Below, one piece after another: positions 11,976-21,662 of a stretch of DNA of 64,000 bases; within the stretch, counting starts at the first letter, position 1, and each line of letters starts with the position of its first letter. The position numbers were made by a program, and so were the translations under genes. The DNA is from Minutocellus sp. GHC0000111 (lineage: Eukaryota): contig OZ361256.1 in assembly GCA_977018835.1 (NCBI GenBank), positions 7,130,001 through 7,194,000 of the forward strand, read 5' to 3'. The notes beneath the pieces are model-generated. The model searched no databases. It saw only the letters and a program-made list of their open reading frames with translations, and had not been told where the DNA came from.

Positions 11976-12236
11976 GGAGTGGATTCGGTTGTGAAAAAGA
12001 GAATTTTTCGATTTTTGGCTCGTAATTTTTCCCTCAAAATTTGTACTTGGGCCCAAATCCTGACCGGAATCTCCAAAAAAAAATGAACGAGGCCAACACC
12101 CTGCTTTAGTTAATGCACATGAGAGTTCAAATCAGAAAGCCTCGTTAATTTTTTTCCAGCGGTTCACTCAGAATCTGGATTTCCGTATCAGGCCCTTATG
12201 GCCCGAAATTCTCTTTTTCAAACCGAAACCCTCTCC
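11976..12236. mobile_element. MITE (261 bp), imperfect ~30-bp TIRs starting GGAG, TA target duplication
   Basis: TA|ggagtggattcggttgtgaaaaagagaattt ... aaattctctttttcaaaccgaaaccctctcc|TA. Confidence 0.75.
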
Positions 12237-12417
12237 TAGTACATGTATATCTAGGGTCCTTTTGGCAGCAAACGCCGTAAAAGAGCTATCGTTACATATT
12301 ATTACATTTTTGAGATACGACGTACGTTGACAAAACCTTTCGGTGGACTGAAGAAGTCATTGGTCCATCCTAATACGTACCGGTAGATGATACCGTGTAT
12401 GTCAAAACTGGTCGCTT

Positions 12418-15294
12418 TTAAAAGAAGAAGTAGCGTTGCGCAAGAGGAACCACATTCACAGGATCGCAAGTGAGCTTCTCTCCGTCGGCGACAACCTCGA
12501 ACGTCTCTGGATCGACCTGCACATCTGGAGTATTGTTGTTGTGGACCATGTCCTTCTTGCTCACCGAACGGCAACCAGAAACAGCGACAACATCCTTCTC
12601 AAGGCCATACTTTTCTCCGATTCCATCAGCAACAGCAGCGCCAGAAACGAATGCAACACTCGTTCCTCCCACAGCCTTTCCAAGCGCTCCAAACATAGGA
12701 CGCATGTATACAGGCTGGGGCGTGGGAATGCTAGCATTCGGGTCGCCCATCTGAGCCCACGCGATACTTCCTCCCTTGATTACCATCTCAGGCTTGGCAC
12801 CGAAGAGACCCGGCTTCCATAGACACAAATCAGCAAGCTTACCAGGCTCCACAGACCCAATCAGGCTGCTCATGCCATGTGCAATGGCAGGATTAATGGT
12901 GTACTTGGCAATGTAACGTTTGACTCGATGATTGTCGGCGGGTCCATCAGGATGAGAAGCATTTTCGTCCTCGGCAAGAAGCCCGCGCTGACGTTTCATC
13001 TTATCAGCAGTCTGCCACGTACGGGATATCACCTCACCGACGCGGCCCATGGCCTGAGAATCAGAGGAGATCATACTCATGGCACCGATATCATGCATTA
13101 TATCCTCGGCAGCGATGGTTTCTGCACGGATTCGCGACTCCGCGAAGGCAACGTCTTCAGGAATCGAAGAATCCAGATGATGGCACACCATGAGCTGGAC
13201 GTGGTAACGAGAAAATAGGACAAAAAGAAACCATAAATGTGAGAAAAGCATGTCTAGAGAGAGTATGCTGAAGAAAATCAAAAGCAACAGCGAAGTAGTA
13301 CAATAGCTCAATCTTACCATGTCCAAATGCTCATCAATTGTGTTCACAGTGAAGGGTCGAGTAGGATTGGTAGAGCTTGGCAAGACGAATTCTTCCGATA
13401 CAATCTTGATGATGTCGGGTGCATGACCGCCACCCGCACCTTCAGTGTGGTAGGTATGGATGGTACGCCCCTTCATGGCGGCGATGGAGTCATCTACGAA
13501 GCCAGACTCGTTCAGTGTGTCAGTATGGATGGTGATCTGGACGTCGTTGTCGTCGGCGAAGGACAAGGCAGCATCGATCGCCGATGGGGTCGTGCCCCAG
13601 TCTTCGTGAAGCTTGAAGCCAGCGGCTCCAGCACGAAGGACCGAGTTGAGAACTGCTGGGTCGGACGTATTGCCCTTACCGGAGAAGCCAAAGTTCAGGG
13701 GAAGACCATCGGTGGCCTTGAGCATCATTTCGACCTGCGATGGGGCAGGAGTACAAGTAGTTGCGGAGGTACCAGCAGAAGGTCCAGTACCGCCTCCATA
13801 CATGGTCGTAATACCAGAGGCGATGGCATCGTCGCACTGCTGGGGACAGATCCAGTGAATGTGTGTGTCGACACCTCCAGCCGTTAGGATAAGCTTCTCA
13901 CCGGCAATGACCTCTGTAGTATTGCCGACTATCATATTGCTGTCTACGCCGCTCATCATGTCGGGATTGCCAGCCTTGCCGATGCCCACAATCTTGGACC
14001 CTTTGATGCCAACGTCGGCCTTGACGATGCCCAGGACGGCATCGATGATAAGGGCGTTGGTAATGACGGTGTCAAGTGCATCATCGGCGTGGACACCGGT
14101 GGCCTGTCCCATTCCTTCTCGGAGGGTCTTGCCAGCACCGAATTTGCATTCGTCACCGAACGAGGTGTAATCCTTCTCCACCCTCACAGTGAGGCTGGTG
14201 TCTCCCAGGACGATGCGATCGCCCTCGGTGGGTCCGTACATGTCGGCATAGGCACTCCTATCCATCACGTAGGCCCTACCGGGCGTCGGCTTCTGATCGG
14301 CAGAGGGGGGAGCGTTGCCAAATCCACCCTCCTCCACTCGGCGCATAATCTCGTCGGCCCGATCCTTGCTGGCCACTCCATCTGTCAAACCGTTGCCAGT
14401 CAGTACGCGCTTGTTGCCCGCCACCTCTACGAGAGTCACCGTCTTGGTCTCGCCGGGCTCGAACCGCACCGACGCACCGGACGGGACGTTGAGGCGCATA
14501 CCGATGGCAGCCCTCCTGTCGAAGACAAGAGCTGCATTTGTTTCGATGAAGGCATAGTGCGACCCCACCTGGATGGGCCGATCGCCAGTGTTGGTTACCG
14601 TCAGCTCGATCAGGTCGCGATCGGGATTGATGGTGATGGGACCCAACGAATCGCTGGGCAGGGTAGAACCGGGCACAGGATGGGCAGCAAGCTCCTCGGC
14701 GCTCAGCGGTGGAAAGAGCGAGGCCGGATCTTCGGGGACTGGCAGGAACGACCCGGCCAGTGCCAAACTCAGATCGCCCTCCTCCGAGGCGATGGGGGAG
14801 TGGACCGTCAGCAGCTTCGTGCCGTCGGGGAACGTCGCTTCCACCTGAACATCCTTGACCATCTTGTCAACGCCGGGGAGGACATTGCGACGCCCGAGGA
14901 GCTTTTGTCCGAGCGTCATGAGATCGGCGACACTCTTGTCGCCGTCACGGATGCACTCCATCATCTGCATCGTAATCAAAGCGACAGCCTCAGGCTGGTT
15001 GAGACGGACGCCTCGAGCGAGTCGATACTGGGCCAGACGGCCGGCGTTGTGCAGGAGCAGATGATCGGATTCGCGAGGTGTCAGGTGAAGGCAGCGCCGT
15101 TGGTGTCGTTGGCCGGCACAAGATGTGTTGGGAACGCATGCCGAGGCTGCGACGGCCGATTTGGCAGCAGATGGTAGGCCTACCGACTCTAGGCCTGCCG
15201 ATCGAGCGGCAACTGACTCTAGGCCTGCCGATCGAGCGGCAACTGCCCTTCTGGCCGCAGCCGTCGGGATCCGTCGTAGGAGAGGGCCAAGCAT
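12418..15294 (-). CDS. ure: Urease (eukaryotic fused gamma-beta-alpha chain) with mitochondrial-type presequence; intron 13195-13317
   Basis: HLTPRE (gamma start), [13 protein letters not shown] (beta), and Ni/catalytic motifs [44 protein letters not shown]. Removing the 123-nt GTAAGA..CAG intron restores HLDMLMVCHHL. Confidence 0.97.
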   Translation of the reverse strand: MLGPLLRRIPTAAARRAVAARSAGLESVAARSAGLESVGLPSAAKSAVAASACVPNTSCAGQRHQRRCLHLTPRESDHLLLHNAGRLAQYRLARGVRLNQPEAVALITMQMMECIRDGDKSVADLMTLGQKLLGRRNVLPGVDKMVKDVQVEATFPDGTKLLTVHSPIASEEGDLSLALAGSFLPVPEDPASLFPPLSAEELAAHPVPGSTLPSDSLGPITINPDRDLIELTVTNTGDRPIQVGSHYAFIETNAALVFDRRAAIGMRLNVPSGASVRFEPGETKTVTLVEVAGNKRVLTGNGLTDGVASKDRADEIMRRVEEGGFGNAPPSADQKPTPGRAYVMDRSAYADMYGPTEGDRIVLGDTSLTVRVEKDYTSFGDECKFGAGKTLREGMGQATGVHADDALDTVITNALIIDAVLGIVKADVGIKGSKIVGIGKAGNPDMMSGVDSNMIVGNTTEVIAGEKLILTAGGVDTHIHWICPQQCDDAIASGITTMYGGGTGPSAGTSATTCTPAPSQVEMMLKATDGLPLNFGFSGKGNTSDPAVLNSVLRAGAAGFKLHEDWGTTPSAIDAALSFADDNDVQITIHTDTLNESGFVDDSIAAMKGRTIHTYHTEGAGGGHAPDIIKIVSEEFVLPSSTNPTRPFTVNTIDEHLDMVRLSYCTTSLLLLIFFSILSLDMLFSHLWFLFVLFSRYHVQLMVCHHLDSSIPEDVAFAESRIRAETIAAEDIMHDIGAMSMISSDSQAMGRVGEVISRTWQTADKMKRQRGLLAEDENASHPDGPADNHRVKRYIAKYTINPAIAHGMSSLIGSVEPGKLADLCLWKPGLFGAKPEMVIKGGSIAWAQMGDPNASIPTPQPVYMRPMFGALGKAVGGTSVAFVSGAAVADGIGEKYGLEKDVVAVSGCRSVSKKDMVHNNNTPDVQVDPETFEVVADGEKLTCDPVNVVPLAQRYFFF
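15185..15244. repeat. Perfect 30-bp tandem duplication in the urease presequence
   Basis: gactctaggcctgccgatcgagcggcaact x2, encoding ([10 protein letters not shown])x2. Confidence 0.95.
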
Positions 15295-15493
15295 GGTTTC
15301 GTGGCTGATTGGGTGCTTGGGTGCGTATCTTCCAGTTGGGCGCTGGAACTTTGCTGCCATGCTGCCATGGTCTGTCCGTCGTCAACTCGAGAAGTAACGC
15401 GCGGTGCGGTGGGGAAGTGGGAAGATACGCACATCATGTGCTCAATTTCTCAATTTCCCCCTCCAAACCATATTGAGGAAGACCAATAGTCAA
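15295..15493. promoter_or_regulatory. Putative bidirectional promoter shared by urease and ureG
   Basis: Only 199 bp separate the divergent ATGs at 15294(-) and 15494(+). Confidence 0.6.
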
Positions 15494-16351
15494 ATGATCG
15501 GCCGACGAGTTGCTCTGTGCCTCGCAGGAGGTGGTCCGCGCAGAGGCATTTCGCCTGCAGCAGCACTAATTGGCAATGTTCGAACGCACAGGACCGATCT
15601 CGAAAGTGCCGGGCAGTATGCCGATCGCGAGACGGGGCACAAGGCAGCGTGGGCTGGGCGCAACTTTCGTCAGCGAGGCTTCACCGTGGGCATCGGCGGG
15701 CCTGTGGGGAGCGGGAAAACTGCCCTCACTCTCAAGCTGACCGAAACGCTTCGCGATCGCATGCCTCTGGGCGTTGTTACCAACGATATTTTCACCCAAG
15801 AGGACTGCGAATTCCTCGTGAGGCAGCGCGCCCTGCCCAAGGATCGCATCATGGCCGTGGAGACTGGTGGATGTCCACATGCTGCCATTCGGGAGGTCGT
15901 CACGGCCAATCTTGCCGCCCTCGAACGATTGACCAGGTCCATTAGCGCAGAGGAGCAGGAGAAGTCGGCACAGCCTCAGACGCCGCTCCTCATTTGCGAA
16001 AGCGGTGGCGACAACCTTGCTGCCAACTTTAGCAACGAGCTGGCCGATTTGACTCTCTACGTCATCGACGTTGCTGGTGGCGACAAGGTCCCACGAAAGG
16101 GTGGACCTGGCATCACCCAAAGCGACGTGTTGGTGATCAATAAAACTGATTTGGCCGAGGCCGTGGGAGCCAGTTTGGACGTGATGGATCGGGATGCCAA
16201 ACTCATGAGGGGAGATGGACCCACCGTCTTTGCTTACGTGAAGAATTTTGAAGGCGTCCCGGATATTATCGATCATATATTGCGAAACTTCCATCTTGCA
16301 ACAGGAGCTGGTGGTGATGACAGCCATCATCACGGGCACAACCATGAGTAG
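15494..16351 (+). CDS. ureG: Urease accessory GTPase UreG
   Basis: [16 protein letters not shown] (P-loop), VETGGCPH (Ni-binding CPH), [28 protein letters not shown]. Arg-rich N-terminal extension and His-rich C-terminus. Confidence 0.97.
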   Translation: MIGRRVALCLAGGGPRRGISPAAALIGNVRTHRTDLESAGQYADRETGHKAAWAGRNFRQRGFTVGIGGPVGSGKTALTLKLTETLRDRMPLGVVTNDIFTQEDCEFLVRQRALPKDRIMAVETGGCPHAAIREVVTANLAALERLTRSISAEEQEKSAQPQTPLLICESGGDNLAANFSNELADLTLYVIDVAGGDKVPRKGGPGITQSDVLVINKTDLAEAVGASLDVMDRDAKLMRGDGPTVFAYVKNFEGVPDIIDHILRNFHLATGAGGDDSHHHGHNHE

Positions 16352-16554
16352 AATCTATAGCACATTCTTTCCTGATTTGTAACCCATGTGTATTATATAT
16401 ATCTAGGCGGCGGTGAATCTCTACTAATTTATGATAGAGCCAGTGCATACACGTGCGTTGCAAATGTATTGAGTTCTCGCTCTCGACGAGCAGTTGTGAT
16501 GAAGATGGTTACGAGTAGTTAGAAGTTTCAATTGCACCAGGCGAGTTATCTATC

Positions 16555-16770
16555 TTTCAGGCGCGCTTCCAGCAGAGATCTCGAATTGCTCGTATTTGTA
16601 GTAATTGCATTCCCAACTCGAATCACGCGCCGAGAATCCATTACTATCAGAGCATCTGCCAGGCGCATCTCGATGTGATTCTTTGCTTCTTCACTGTTCT
16701 GGCTGCCTCCTCTCTCTAGCCTCGAACAAAATGCAATCTCGTCTCTCGATCTTTTGTGCAGGGAGAGACC
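16555..16770. repeat. Dispersed degenerate coding-like repeat, copy 2
   Basis: Homologous to 7130-7330. Confidence 0.7.
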
Positions 16771-17015
16771 GTGAGCAATGGCGCCGGCAAGTCGGCAAGC
16801 GTTTGACGACACAAATGCAGAGTACGGAACCGGTAACAGAGTACTGGTGGTATACTCCACCCTCAAGGGTGGGATTGATTCGTCATCTCAAGGCCTTGTT
16901 GACTGGACCGAATGAAGACTTGATGCTCCCACTTTCGAATACGAATGCAGGCGATGCGATGACTGTCATATCATGGAGTCATCACCGGCGGGACCCCAAT
17001 GTCCTTACTTTCTGA

Positions 17016-17198
17016 CCGTATCTTTTTTTCAGCACATGATATGTTCGGCCCACATGACACCCTAACACTAACCCTAACCCTATGCCCCAGCCCTCCACTG
17101 GGCTCCGCTCCTTCAGAGCTTCACCCCACGCCCGCTACGCGGGCGTGTCGGCTGTTTTCCCCAGATCACATCATGTGCCAAAAATAAAAAAGATACGG
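17016..17198. mobile_element. Small TIR element containing telomere-type CCCTAA repeats and a GC hairpin
   Basis: Imperfect TIRs ccgtatctttttttt-cagcacatgat / atcatgtgcc-aaaaataaaaaagatacgg, flanked by GA on both sides. Contains ccctaacactaaccctaacccta and cacgcccgc-tac-gcgggcgtg. Confidence 0.6.
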
Positions 17199-17662
17199 GA
17201 CCATAATTGGTCCCGTTCTTTCGTTTTCCGTGCGATAATTTTAACGCGGTGAAGTTAGCGGACCGAGTCAGGCCCTCAGGCCATTGGGGTCCCGACCGTG
17301 AGATATCCCATGGTTTTGGCCGCTCTGACGGCTTATTTTGGTTTTTGGGAGCTCCAGCCCGGCGGGAGCCAGCGCAATACTGACGTGTCGCAAAAAGCAA
17401 AAATGGTTTTGAGGAGGAAATACACGTAATACTAGCTAGGCCATCAGAGTAACGTCGAACATCGTAGATTCTGTGTGCTCATTTTATTGAAATGCTTTTC
17501 CACACAGAAACTGACCGGGAGCCATCATCAGCAGACAAACACACGAAGTCGTTTGCCGCGGCATTGCGAGAGCTACTCGGTAGCCCGGTAGCTTCGTAGC
17601 CCATTACTCTCACTTTCAACCAACGTTAAACCAACAAAGGTAGAACGATACCACACTCCAAG

Positions 17663-18107
17663 ATGTGCCGTCCAACATCCAATGCCAGCACCAACACCAA
17701 CGTCAACAGCCGCAAACGCCGACCATCCACAGTCTCCCCTTTCCTCATCGCCGCTGAGATCATGAGCGACCTCGCCAGCGAAGACGACATCGACAATCAA
17801 CATAATTGCCAAGAATCACGAAATCAAACCGAAGCACAGCCCACAACCTAGAACAACGTCGACTTCTATTACGGAACTCTCAACGACGAGATCGAGGAGG
17901 GACGCCGACCAAACCATCATCAACCCTCTTCCTCGACCAAAAGGCGCATCAAGAATCTCGGCAGGACGTACGACTGCCGCCCCCGCCCAGATTCTAAGGG
18001 CCGAGTCGGAAGAAAGGAGTGTCACTTCTTCTCCTTTTGTGACGATTTCTGAAATCGAGTTTGAACTTGCCCAGGAGGAGGCCGATGACAAGGATTACAA
18101 CCAATAA
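17663..18107 (+). pseudogene. Small low-complexity protein gene disrupted by an in-frame TAG (17849-17851) and a later frameshift
   Basis: MCRPTSNAS..SPFLIAAEIMSDLASEDD..; coding-like frame continues after the stop (NNVDFYYGTLNDEIEEG) and ends in another frame (..SPFVTISEIEFELAQEEADDKDYNQ*). Confidence 0.35.
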
Positions 18108-18490
18108 GACAATGATACCTCATCACACACAGACACTCAATGCTACATCTAATCTGTACGTCACGCATTTGCACGACCATTGACGACCACACATGACATA
18201 AGACATAGAATTTATAGCTAGATAACAACACTGCATGTAGAGAACCAACCTTTTACAATACTATGTTGTACAGCTTATAATTTAGCGGGACGACACCACC
18301 ACCACCACCACACACTGATGGAAAATCGAATATTAATCACTCTTTATACAATTCATGTGCGAGAATCTAGAATTTATTATCAGCGTATTCTTCCCACCCA
18401 TTTCTCTTGCTTGATGACCATTTCAGTCATGACTCAAAAACTCAACTCGATGACTCAACCTATTTGCCACGCCTAGCTACGTCGTAGAGA

Positions 18491-19217
18491 ATGTCCCTTG
18501 CTTCCAGCTTGATCTCTCCTAAGGAGCTGAAAGAATTACGACGTGTTTTCGACACGCTGTGCCATTACGCTGATAGGCATCCCAGGCCATTGAAACCTGC
18601 TGCAGAACAGACTCAAATACCCACGTTTGCGGGGCCCAGAGGCCACAATGACGACGATGGTGAGTACACAGTCCAGTCTACAAACACTACATGTACAGGT
18701 CTATCATTGATGTCCAACATGAGCAGCCTACGTCTACTTGAACCTCACACGGACTGTATCAGAGCTCAGGATATCGCTGCTGCCCTTCGAGATCTAGGGA
18801 TAAGGCCAACAAAGCAAGAAGCACAAGAAATGCTGTGGGAAGCAGACGAGAAGAACGATAATGTTATAGACTGGGAGGAGTTAAAACTCATGTTTGAAAG
18901 AAACTTGCGTGATACTAGCGGTTTGGAGCCTGGCAGGCTTTACCACGTAGTGCAGTTCATGATCTTTGATCGAAATTGCAATGGAAAAGTTTCCATTGAT
19001 GAGACGATGAACATCTTGTACGCGAGATTGGGACGGGAGAAGATGGAAGAAAAAAATCAGCAACCTTTTCAGCGACGACGGTGCACCGGTAGAGGAACGA
19101 GGGTGGCAGGGCGGAGAGATTACATTCGAACGATTCGCTTTGGTTGCAAGAAAAGAACAAAGTAGAAAGTTTGAAGATAGTGAGATGGGCAAGCTTCTCA
19201 TGGCGAGAAGAAAATGA
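18491..19217 (+). CDS. Calmodulin-like EF-hand protein (frameshift in A7 run 19050-19056)
   Basis: ELKELRRVFDTL, EADEKNDNVIDWEEL, FDRNCNGKVSIDET. Removing one A gives ..EEKISNLFSDDG..GGEITFERF..RRK*, a plausible fourth EF-like C-terminus. Confidence 0.8.
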
Positions 19218-19303
19218 AGACTACATGTAGACTGCTAAGTACTACATAAGTATAACTACCATGTATAAAACCTATGCTTTTGCTTGCTTGGCCAATTTAG
19301 AAG

Positions 19304-21358
19304 TTACGTTCTAAATAATCGGACTGCGAGCACGTCATGTGTGGGATGGACTGCTTCCACTACCGGGGAGCAAGTTGCAACCGCCTCCATAGCAGCAGAA
19401 ATCACATCGTCATCTTCTTCAATGTGGAAGGAGCCGCTTTCAATACCTTCCTCCACAGCCTTGTGTACTCCATCAAAAAGGTTCACGCCCGCCATAGGGC
19501 CAACCAAATTAAGTCGGACTGCCGCAGATATCATATCGCGAGCGGTGCAATAACCAAGAACTTGGCACATTGCCTTGTCATCCAGTCCGAGAAAGCCGCA
19601 AATAAGGCCAAAGATGGGCCCGAAGTGACACGTGCTGTCCGCACTGTTATCGATTTCTTGTTGCATGCGATTTGCCAATTCCACAAAGACCGAGCTATCC
19701 TCTATGTTGTCACCATCGAAACTGGCGCCGGAACCAAGCCACTGCATGGCTACGCGGAGCATCCCGTGTCCTTGATCAAGCGATGCCTTGCAACCAGGCC
19801 TATTAGCTGCCATAGCTGCGTGAGAAAATCGATCCAACGTCTGCCACTGTTGAAATATTTCATTCATATCCATCGCTGAACCATTGATTGATCTAGGTCT
19901 ATGTTGCGCCCTCGCCAGAGCATTGCCAGCGGCCACAAACGGCACCAATAATTGCACCGATGATCTCGCGGCGGCGTTGATGTATCTCGCAACCCTTTCC
20001 TGATCTACACCCGAAGGACCGCCAAACAACCCAAGTTGCGAAGCTGATTCAATGCCAGCCGAATGGGCAAAAGATCCTGTCGGCAGACCAGAGTCTGCTA
20101 ACATAAGAGCACACCAAGATGCGCGGCCACTGAATGGTGAGGAAGTATTAGTATCAGGCAATTGTGACGGCATTGGTGTTGCCTCAGATTGTTCTTCCAA
20201 GCGCTTACTGGAACGAGGTTGCGCCCCATCAACAGCAGCAGCGGAGCCATTCATGATCTGCTTGTGAGATGTCGACCCATGAATTCGATCTCGATAAAAT
20301 TCTACTCCAAAGACCTTCTTCAGCGGACGCAGACATGAGTTTAGTACACGATACAAGTCCTCATTGGAGGTCCCAGCAATCCTTGCAACGTACGTGCAAT
20401 CACCATTACCACCACTTGAACTACCAGAGCACCCGTAGGGTTCAACCCTGCTAAAGCCAAGGAGGACACGCCCCCCGAGATGCAAATCGTGCTGCATCAG
20501 TTGTTGGGCGGCCGTCTCATCGAGGTGGTGCCGCCCAACGTCCCGGATGCGAGTGTGCTCCGATGCCAGCGATCGCGACAGCTCTTCGAATCGGGCCGAT
20601 ACTTCTTCCATGGCAGGGCCGTGCATTATGACGGACGCAAAGGCATCGAAGGTGGCATCGGAACTCACGTCGAAACCGAAGGGATCTAAAGTACTGGAAT
20701 CTGGCATGTCTGACAGCCTCGTCCGCCGTCTGTTATCCATGGACAACGATTCAATCAAGAAAGGGACATCGTCTTTGCTGCCACCACCAGTATCAGCACT
20801 CGAATGGAACAAATCACAACGAGAGCTCAGCAAGTCAAAATCCCATCGTTCGCCACTGTTCACCCGCCCCGCCCCGAACCAATCCACAAGCAAGAGGGAG
20901 GCGCTGGGGTCCAGATCGAAGCGCTGCCGCTGCACAAAGGACGAGCGGGAGAACGGAACGAGAGGGTCGGGCGCCATAACCAGCACGGCATCTTTTCCTA
21001 CCTTGGCGTGCAGGGTGGACTGGCACGACGGCAGCTGTTCCTGTTGCTGTTCCTGCCCCCCCAGACGTCCGGCCTGCCGATAAATGCAAGTGGCACCCTG
21101 CGTGATCAGCCCGAGCTTGGCACCTTCATCGACCTTGATGGACAACTCCTGCCGGTCGCCCCGGACCATGCCACCCCCGTACGACGAAATGGCCGCAAGG
21201 GCCGCCCCTGCCCGGGACACCGCCGTCGACGGCATAGGGATTAGACGCGTCGGGGATCTATGTGCCACCTCCGTTAGGGATGTGTCCTTCGCTACGGCCG
21301 TGGCAGAAAGCCGGCCGATGCCTTGCTTGGCCGCTCGAAGGGGAGCAGGCATCGCCAT
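19304..21358 (-). CDS. ureD-ureF: Fused urease accessory protein UreD(UreH)-UreF
   Basis: One intron-free 684-aa ORF. UreD motifs: SSYGGGMVRGD, LITQGATCIYR, PDPLVPFSRSSFVQRQ, DWFGAGRVNSGERWDF. After a S/P/T linker, UreF motifs: LADSGLPTGSFAHSAGIE, RDMISAAVRLNLVGP, and terminal H..LAVRLFRT. Confidence 0.93.
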   Translation of the reverse strand: MAMPAPLRAAKQGIGRLSATAVAKDTSLTEVAHRSPTRLIPMPSTAVSRAGAALAAISSYGGGMVRGDRQELSIKVDEGAKLGLITQGATCIYRQAGRLGGQEQQQEQLPSCQSTLHAKVGKDAVLVMAPDPLVPFSRSSFVQRQRFDLDPSASLLLVDWFGAGRVNSGERWDFDLLSSRCDLFHSSADTGGGSKDDVPFLIESLSMDNRRRTRLSDMPDSSTLDPFGFDVSSDATFDAFASVIMHGPAMEEVSARFEELSRSLASEHTRIRDVGRHHLDETAAQQLMQHDLHLGGRVLLGFSRVEPYGCSGSSSGGNGDCTYVARIAGTSNEDLYRVLNSCLRPLKKVFGVEFYRDRIHGSTSHKQIMNGSAAAVDGAQPRSSKRLEEQSEATPMPSQLPDTNTSSPFSGRASWCALMLADSGLPTGSFAHSAGIESASQLGLFGGPSGVDQERVARYINAAARSSVQLLVPFVAAGNALARAQHRPRSINGSAMDMNEIFQQWQTLDRFSHAAMAANRPGCKASLDQGHGMLRVAMQWLGSGASFDGDNIEDSSVFVELANRMQQEIDNSADSTCHFGPIFGLICGFLGLDDKAMCQVLGYCTARDMISAAVRLNLVGPMAGVNLFDGVHKAVEEGIESGSFHIEEDDDVISAAMEAVATCSPVVEAVHPTHDVLAVRLFRT

Positions 21359-21662
21359 GGTTGACAGTTAGTTGCCGTCGAAATGCCGGATGCTGGCCGG
21401 ATACGGATGCCGGAATGCCGTACCAGGTACTAGCTACTAGAGCTAGAGTAGTACTAGGCCTAGCTAGTATGCCGTAGGGCATGATGAGCATGCAGCAGCA
21501 GCAGCAGCAGCAGCAGCGATCGGCAGTTTGCGATTGCCGATTTTGCTGAGGCGGAAATGTACATCCACTTCCTAGCTTCCGGATTTTCTTCATTTCCTTT
21601 TCAAAAAACGACGTATCCTCTGCCTCGCCTCTGCCAGTATGCCATGAACACAACAGCCGACC

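Noticed and set aside
14089..15177. Long antisense ORFs (also 33554-34411, 57077-58207, 59160-60104)
   Set aside because: Shadow frames of GC3-biased real genes on the opposite strand.
3869..15294. Functional clustering of ovoA with urease
   Set aside because: No pathway link and two unrelated genes intervene; proximity alone is insufficient.
19050..19056. Programmed ribosomal frameshifting here and at other homopolymer shifts
   Set aside because: Shifts occur in many unrelated genes and in both directions, with no shared stimulatory structure; assembly error or mutation is simpler.
12418..21358. Bacterial contamination or recent HGT of a urease operon
   Set aside because: Fused eukaryotic urease with a spliceosomal intron and presequences, mixed orientations, no ureE, and host-like intergenic repeats.
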